A stretch of DNA of 64,000 bases from positions 47,670 through 111,669 of IMG/VR virus record IMGVR_UViG_3300046799_000011; one strand, written 5' to 3'. Source of the stretch: a virus. The stretch's first letter is position 1. Every line of letters begins with the position of its first letter. The notes below the pieces were generated by a model, which had not been told where the DNA came from, made no database searches, and saw only the letters and a program-made list of their open reading frames with translations. Positions 59,008 through 64,000 of the stretch are shown in pieces. Both the position numbers and the translations under genes were made by a program.

Positions 59008-59036
59008 ATAGTACCACTGGGATACTATGGTGTCAA
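59008..59036 (-). promoter_or_regulatory. promoter immediately upstream of tRNA-Thr
   Basis: TTGACA-17-TACTAT, overlapped by the palindrome CCATAGTA...TACTATGG. Confidence 0.75.
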
Positions 59037-59038
59037 AC

Positions 59039-59353
59039 TTAGGCAGTTCCAGTTGCCTTGACTACGAAGTCAACAGTATCGTTGATTGTAGCCTGATTTG
59101 GAAGGGCGAACTGAGAAGCGTTATTCAGATAAATAGTCCATAGGACGGAAGTATTGGTAATAGTACCACCAGCACTATCCGTTCCGGCAGGAACATCAGC
59201 AGCCACAATTCTCTTCACTGTGGAAGGGAACGTAGCACCACCAGTTGTAGGAACTGGGAATGAATAAGCATGTCCATCAGCACATACGATGGCACGTACT
59301 TGGTCGTTCACAGCAAGGGCATCTGCCTTGACTACGGTATATGTAAAAGCCAT
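59039..59353 (-). CDS. hypothetical protein (virion-like composition)
   Basis: Thr/Ala/Val-rich 104 aa. Confidence 0.75.
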   Translation of the reverse strand: MAFTYTVVKADALAVNDQVRAIVCADGHAYSFPVPTTGGATFPSTVKRIVAADVPAGTDSAGGTITNTSVLWTIYLNNASQFALPNQATINDTVDFVVKATGTA

Positions 59354-59436
59354 GTTAAACCTTTCTAGAAAGAATCACAAAGTGATCGCTATAGCAATTC
59401 CATAATACACTAGAAAAGTTCTATTAAGTTATAAAG

Positions 59437-59508
59437 TACTCCGGACGGGATTCGAACCCGCGCCATCCTGATTGAAAGTCAGGGGACCTTCCCATAGTCT
59501 ACCGGAGC
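59437..59508 (-). tRNA. tRNA-Glu(TTC)
   Basis: CCTGA-CT TTC AA-TCAGG. Confidence 0.92.
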
Positions 59509-59693
59509 ATACCTACTGATACCTTTGCCAAATAACGGTGCCCCATTATGCATACCTATATCAGTAGTACCCGAGTCTAGTCCCACACATACTACCTCGG
59601 TTTGCAGTATCTGACAAGCAGCCTATCTCTATTTTGGCTAACGGAAGCGGGTGCATCCCCCTGTTCTCCCTAGAGACTTATCAGGTGTGTTAC

Positions 59694-59767
59694 TGGTACC
59701 CCTACAGAGATTCGAACTCTGTCTACGACCTTGAGAGAGTCGCGTACTACCTATATACGATAGGGGT
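59694..59767 (-). tRNA. tRNA-Glu(CTC)
   Basis: CGACT-CT CTC AA-GGTCG; encoded CCA. Confidence 0.9.
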
Positions 59768-59783
59768 ATATTAAATTATAAAG

Positions 59784-59855
59784 CGCGCCCAGGGGGACTT
59801 GAACCCCCACCCTCCTGAGTGACAATCAGGTGCTCCGCCTTTGAGCTATGAGCGC
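59784..59855 (-). tRNA. tRNA-Asp(GTC)
   Basis: CCTGA-TT GTC AC-TCAGG. Confidence 0.92.
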
Positions 59856-59857
59856 AT

Positions 59858-60139
59858 TTATTCCGGCCAGACTAATTCAGGTTTTACTTCCTTGACTTTG
59901 CCATCTGTCACAATGGCTGCTGAAATATCTGGTGAATCCTCACCGTACCGAATGATACGTAAGTAACTTGTTGGGAAGAGCTTAGCAACTGTCTCTAAGT
60001 CTGTCAACCAGGCATACCACTTGACTCCGTGGAGTGCCCTTGTGTCTTTATCCCATGTGTAACTGGACACTCCATTTAATAAATCATGAATAAATGGTAT
60101 ATCTGTTTTGTCTACATAGAAATCTGAATAGTAACCCAT
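59858..60139 (-). CDS. hypothetical protein
   Basis: MGYYSDF...KWY...RYGED phage motif. Confidence 0.75.
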   Translation of the reverse strand: MGYYSDFYVDKTDIPFIHDLLNGVSSYTWDKDTRALHGVKWYAWLTDLETVAKLFPTSYLRIIRYGEDSPDISAAIVTDGKVKEVKPELVWPE

Positions 60140-60255
60140 ATTTGTATTCCTAAACTGGAAGCCAGGTGGACGCCTTCTTTCCCGTACATCTTATGCCTGG
60201 CCGGGCTGAGATGTCAATAGGGTATTGTATCCATGTTGTGGACCCGGCTCTAAAG

Positions 60256-60326
60256 CTCCCCCGTCTGGAATCGAACCAAAACTAACTGTTCCAAAGACAG
60301 TTGTGCTGCCATTACACCAAGGGGGA
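60256..60326 (-). tRNA. tRNA-Gln(TTG)
   Basis: ACTGT-CT TTG GA-ACAGT. Confidence 0.92.
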
Positions 60327-60482
60327 ATACGGTCTTTTAGCCTCGTACCTAAGGAGGATTACTTTAATAGTAAGTGTTTGACGCGGTGGGGTATCGAATT
60401 TCACGTACCCAACTCTATTGGTTGCCCTATCACACAGAGTATCGCGAATCCGTGCGCTTACTATCCCCATTCTGTGCGTCAG

Positions 60483-60553
60483 CTCCCCACCCTGGATTCG
60501 AACCAGGAATGCCGATTTCAGAGACCGGAGTGTTGCCGTTACACCAACGGGGA
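60483..60553 (-). tRNA. tRNA-Gln(CTG)
   Basis: CCGGT-CT CTG AA-ATCGG. Confidence 0.92.
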
Positions 60554-60594
60554 ATAATATCCCTTACTTAGGAGCGCCAGGGATCACAGCGCAG

Positions 60595-60665
60595 AGCGGT
60601 ATGCGAGAATCGAACTCGCGTGGTCACTTTGGAAGAGTGGGGCTTTACCATTAAGCTAATACCGC
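60595..60665 (-). tRNA. tRNA-Gly(TCC)
   Basis: CACT-CT TCC AA-AGTG. Confidence 0.92.
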
Positions 60666-60737
60666 AGGGCTCCGATATTTTATAATGCCCATGCATTACT
60701 ATTCCACCTCGGGAACGGGTGGTGTGCTATTTAAAAC

Positions 60738-61091
60738 TTAGTCCTCATAGGCGTAAGGATTATCAGGAATATCGTCCCAGTCGTATGGGTACCCGATCAA
60801 CCTTACTTCACCACCATATGAGGTGTCAATATCTACAATTCGATCTTCTCCGTCACCAACATCCGCAGAGATTCCGTAACCGGTCTCCAGCCCGATCGCA
60901 CCATGAGCATTGATAATATACTCAAAAACAATACGGGTAAAGTATGCTGTGTCTTCTCTGCGGTTCTTCGCACGCTCAGTTGCCATGGCATCCCGAGTGT
61001 ACTGAGGTAACTCTGTTCCATCCCAGTGGGTATATAAATATACTCCCGGACGATCACCCTCATGGATATAAACGTTTGCCCTATTTCCCAC
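60738..61091 (-). CDS. hypothetical protein
   Basis: GGAGG RBS; MGNRA...YLYTHWDG motif. Confidence 0.75.
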   Translation of the reverse strand: MGNRANVYIHEGDRPGVYLYTHWDGTELPQYTRDAMATERAKNRREDTAYFTRIVFEYIINAHGAIGLETGYGISADVGDGEDRIVDIDTSYGGEVRLIGYPYDWDDIPDNPYAYED

Positions 61092-61150
61092 AGTTCCTCC
61101 TAGTAGATGTTAACTGGAGTGTACTACAGATTATAGGGCTTGTAAAGAAG

Positions 61151-61227
61151 TGGTGGCGCATTCCGTACTCGCAACGGACGATACCTAGCTTATGAGGCTA
61201 TTGAGACGCTATTTCTCCATATGCGCA
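61151..61227 (-). tRNA. tRNA-Met(CAT), atypical T loop, 1:72 mismatch
   Basis: TAGC-CT CAT AA-GCTA; T loop TGCGAGT; encoded ACCA. Confidence 0.7.
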
Positions 61228-61228
61228 G

Positions 61229-61301
61229 TACCTGATATCGGATTCGAACCGATGACCACCGGCTTATGAGTCCGGCGCTCTGACCACTGAGCTAATCAGG
61301 C
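61229..61301 (-). tRNA. tRNA-Met(CAT) (elongator Met or Ile2)
   Basis: CCGG-A CT CAT AA G-CCGG. Confidence 0.9.
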
Positions 61302-61439
61302 AAAACATGGTTTTTGTTGTGGACCGCTACGGGATAACCATGAACCCGCAATAAGTTTGAGAAGGGCTAATCTAACTTTGCATTAGATTCTTTTTAATCT
61401 ACGCACCCAACAATAACGTAAAACCGGTAAAGGCAAGGG

Positions 61440-61512
61440 TGGCTCCCCTCGGACTCGAACCGAGACTACGCGGTACTTCACACCGCTGCACTACCAATTA
61501 TGCTAAAGAGCC
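61440..61512 (-). tRNA. tRNA-Phe(GAA)
   Basis: GCGGT-GT GAA GT-ACCGC. Confidence 0.9.
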
Positions 61513-61931
61513 ATTTCTGAGCGCCAAAATCCGAATTGGTGAATAGTTCTTCTCCTATGGCAATTGGCACATAAAATATCACATTTGTCAATCTCTTTCT
61601 GAATTGTTGATTCAGCCAGATTGTACATATCTGTGATGTTATATACCTTAGTCTCAGGGTCTCGATGATCAAATTCCAATACTAAGGGATCATCAAGTCC
61701 ACAGACTTTACATTTTGATGCTGTGAGAATATTCCAAATAAAATTTTGGCGCTTCTTTATAATAGTCGCTCTGTTTTTCTCTTTACGTACACGATCGCCA
61801 TTTTGGTAACGATCCCGTTCATACTGAGCAAAGCATAGCTTACACCACGAATGTCGTCCATCCTTGGTTTTGCCATTTTTACTAAAATTTTCAAGGGACT
61901 TGGTTTCGCTGCACTTCGAACATGTTTTCAT
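61503..61931 (-). CDS. HNH endonuclease inserted between tRNA genes
   Basis: KTCSKC...SWCKLC; CKVC...LEFDHRDP...KCDILCANCHR. Confidence 0.88.
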   Translation of the reverse strand: MKTCSKCSETKSLENFSKNGKTKDGRHSWCKLCFAQYERDRYQNGDRVRKEKNRATIIKKRQNFIWNILTASKCKVCGLDDPLVLEFDHRDPETKVYNITDMYNLAESTIQKEIDKCDILCANCHRRRTIHQFGFWRSEMAL

Positions 61932-61975
61932 GCTTCTAGTATAGCGTGTTTGGGATTTAAAACCAAATCCTGAAG

Positions 61976-62046
61976 TCGGGCTACCCGGAATCGAACCGAG
62001 CCTAAAAGTTCCCAAAACTCACGTGCGACCAATACACTATAGCCCG
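61976..62046 (-). tRNA. tRNA-Pro(TGG)
   Basis: GAGT-TT TGG GA-ACTT; C1:G72. Confidence 0.9.
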
Positions 62047-62291
62047 AGGACTTCCAGAAGGGAAACAATAGGAGTGTAAATACCTTCTGGAAGCTTTTGA
62101 AAGGAGGCTAGACCAGTATAACACTGGAGGTCTAACTTCGCAACTTACGTTCTGCGCTAGGTCCATACTGTTTACCGTGGATCTTACAAACAACTCGTTT
62201 ATGCCCTTGAATGGTTACTGTACCAGCAGCCAAACGCTTACAAGAGAATATCCAGCACTGATCCTTCAGAGGTACGTAAGTACCAACCATC

Positions 62292-62519
62292 CTACAACTC
62301 TTCCTTCACCATGTCAACCTCAGTAGATTTTTCTACAGTCAACATGATAACTTCATTACTGATTACCGCAAGAGTAATCAGACCGGGCTCTGATGTTGCA
62401 TCCCACACTAGTCTTACCGGAGCCATGTTGTCAAGTAGCTCCTTGGAGACTTTAAGATGACCACCAAGATTCTGGATAGCCAGAGCCAGGAATCTAGCAA
62501 GATCTTGTTCCTGTGTCAA
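62292..62519 (-). CDS. hypothetical protein
   Basis: Packed ORF. Confidence 0.65.
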   Translation of the reverse strand: MTQEQDLARFLALAIQNLGGHLKVSKELLDNMAPVRLVWDATSEPGLITLAVISNEVIMLTVEKSTEVDMVKEEL

Positions 62520-62523
62520 GGAC

Positions 62524-62718
62524 TTAACCTTCCTTGGAAATTCTTCTAATAGTTTCTTTTAGATGAGAAATAGATTCTTCCAGATCAGAGATATACCTTT
62601 GAGCGCCTTCGGCGGCCAGAGAAGTAAGTTCATGTACAACTATACTATTTTCTTCTGTTTCCGGATCAATAAGTTCAGTAAGAGATTTATAAATATGATC
62701 ATAAAGTTCTTGATCCAT
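62524..62718 (-). CDS. hypothetical protein
   Basis: GAGGAG RBS before MDQEL. Confidence 0.65.
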   Translation of the reverse strand: MDQELYDHIYKSLTELIDPETEENSIVVHELTSLAAEGAQRYISDLEESISHLKETIRRISKEG

Positions 62719-62719
62719 A

Positions 62720-62911
62720 TTACTTTGTCTCCTCAAATAACTTTGATAGTTCTTCCTGAACCTTAAGATTCTCAACCAGAGATTCCAGAACTCTTCTTAT
62801 ATAAACAGTTATTCCTAATCCTTGAAGATCAGCTTGTTCCTTAAGAACTTTAAGTGTATCTAATCTTAGTCTTAGACTTCTGGAAACCATAGCTTTACTG
62901 GTCTTTTCCAT
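62720..62911 (-). CDS. ribbon-helix-helix DNA-binding protein
   Basis: SRSLRLRLDTLKVLKEQADLQGLGITVYIRRVLE. Confidence 0.65.
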   Translation of the reverse strand: MEKTSKAMVSRSLRLRLDTLKVLKEQADLQGLGITVYIRRVLESLVENLKVQEELSKLFEETK

Positions 62912-62956
62912 ATAGTTTTCTTCTCCTAGTTTTTCTTATTTAAAAGTATAAAGAGA

Positions 62957-62985
62957 AGTATACATTGGTGTAGTACATCTGTCAA
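62957..62985 (-). promoter_or_regulatory. leftward promoter at the strand-switch region
   Basis: TTGACA-17-TATACT. Confidence 0.75.
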
Positions 62986-63187
62986 GACCTTGAACTTCTA
63001 GGTACCAGGATAGATACTTGAGAAGCGAAGCTTTGAGAGTATCTATCTATTCTTAACTACTTTTCGATCATTGGTGCTTCGATCATACACTAGGATCCCA
63101 AATGGATCAAGTCTTGTGGTTCATTCCTCTACCTGGTAGAGTACTGACTAGAGGGTTGGGGATACCACCAACAAGAAAGACGAGAAC

Positions 63188-63367
63188 ATGGCGTTGGACA
63201 AATATAAAAGTACCGATGACACAATATATGACGAGATGGGTCCGTGTCTAGTACCTGGTCATCCGAAGGAACACAAGCTAGGCGTTCCTTGTTTATCAGA
63301 AATGAGAAGATTCCTTTATCCGAATAAGACTTTCAGAGAGTTTCTGGAAGCAGTAAAAAGAAAGTAG
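63188..63367 (+). CDS. hypothetical protein (59 aa)
   Basis: Manual translation MALDKYKST...; directly precedes HNH gene. Confidence 0.55.
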   Translation: MALDKYKSTDDTIYDEMGPCLVPGHPKEHKLGVPCLSEMRRFLYPNKTFREFLEAVKRK

Positions 63368-63370
63368 TAG

Positions 63371-63781
63371 ATGATGGGGCGGAAGAACGAAAGTTCTTAC
63401 TACTCTAAACCACTGGCACGGATACACGCTGATTTCAACGGTATCTGTGCCTTATGTGGTGAGTACGTAGAACTTGCAGATGCTTCCCGGGACCATATTC
63501 ACCCCCGTGCTGAAGGCGGGGGAAATGGCAGGGACAACATTCAATTGGCACACAAGCAATGCAATAACCTGAAGGGGGATATGGTTTACCCCTCGGACTG
63601 GCAGGAACAGCTTAAGCGGGAGATGGTCATACCTCACGGTTATCGCTGCCGTTACTGTTCCACGGAAATCACTAAATTCCACAAGACGAATAACTACATA
63701 ACAAAGATTATCTATAAGGGAAAGCTACTGGCACTGCATAGCTGGTGCAATAAGGAGAGATTGAAGTATGGACGACTCTAA
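63371..63781 (+). CDS. HNH endonuclease
   Basis: GICALCG...SRDHIHPRAEGGGNGRDNIQLAHKQCNNLKG. Confidence 0.9.
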   Translation: MMGRKNESSYYSKPLARIHADFNGICALCGEYVELADASRDHIHPRAEGGGNGRDNIQLAHKQCNNLKGDMVYPSDWQEQLKREMVIPHGYRCRYCSTEITKFHKTNNYITKIIYKGKLLALHSWCNKERLKYGRL

Positions 63782-64000
63782 ACCAGCCATCCTGTTGGAT
63801 GTGGACGGACCATTGAATCCGTACACGGCCCGTAACGGCCTTCCAGAGGGGTTTACAGAGCATTTGATGCGGCCTAGGGGCTGGGAGGTGGGTAAGCCTC
63901 TGAAAGTCCGTCTACGGGGCTCTGACGGCTTCCGGCTCATGGAGACCGGATGTGAGATTATCTGGGCTACAGCTTGGGAAGATGAAGCCAATGATTGGAT
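63768..64000 (+). CDS. HAD-domain protein (Swiss-Army-Knife RNA repair type; truncated by window)
   Basis: Manual translation MDDSKPAILLDVDGPLNP...EIIWATAWEDEAN. Confidence 0.75.
   Translation, partial: MDDSKPAILLDVDGPLNPYTARNGLPEGFTEHLMRPRGWEVGKPLKVRLRGSDGFRLMETGCEIIWATAWEDEANDW

Noticed and set aside
52045-62193. Several ORF-track ORFs over tRNA genes (e.g. 53033-53254, 53260-53607, 55133-55445, 58729-59017, 60225-60654)
   Set aside because: Shadow translations of tRNA sequences
1-64000. Prophage or contractile injection system
   Set aside because: Capsid, portal and terminase are present and no integrase or host genes are seen, so this is a phage genome segment

Overview
A 64-kb segment of a large lytic myovirus (contractile-tail phage) genome, almost all encoded on the minus strand. 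By eye it is about 45-48% GC. The host is probably an actinobacterium, possibly Streptomyces (inference from gene content, mostly CCA-less tRNAs and TTGACA-17-TAnnnT promoters). Left (1-13 kb): replication and nucleotide genes (HNH, MerR-like HTH, primase, DnaB helicase, DnaC-like loader, polynucleotide kinase, HIT) among many small hypothetical genes. Middle (13.5-47.3 kb): a complete virion module (baseplate, tape measure with NlpC/P60 and lytic transglycosylase domains, chaperones, tube, sheath, neck with two beta-helix appendages, capsid, scaffold, portal, terminase). Right (48-64 kb): MazG-like, metallophosphoesterase, RNA ligase and thioredoxin genes, plus about 30 tRNA genes covering all 20 amino acids. 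The most striking content lies inside the tRNA region: (1) a Ro60/TROVE gene preceded by a tandem array of four Y-RNA-like ncRNAs that share a conserved closing stem but carry different tRNA-mimic inserts; (2) a 78-nt tmRNA-like gene made only of the alanine-accepting tRNA-like domain; (3) several structurally aberrant tRNAs or tRNA mimics. Together with Rnl1, Pnk and a HAD protein, these suggest a phage RNA-repair and tRNA-mimicry system. All calls were made by eye from sequence motifs; no searches were run.
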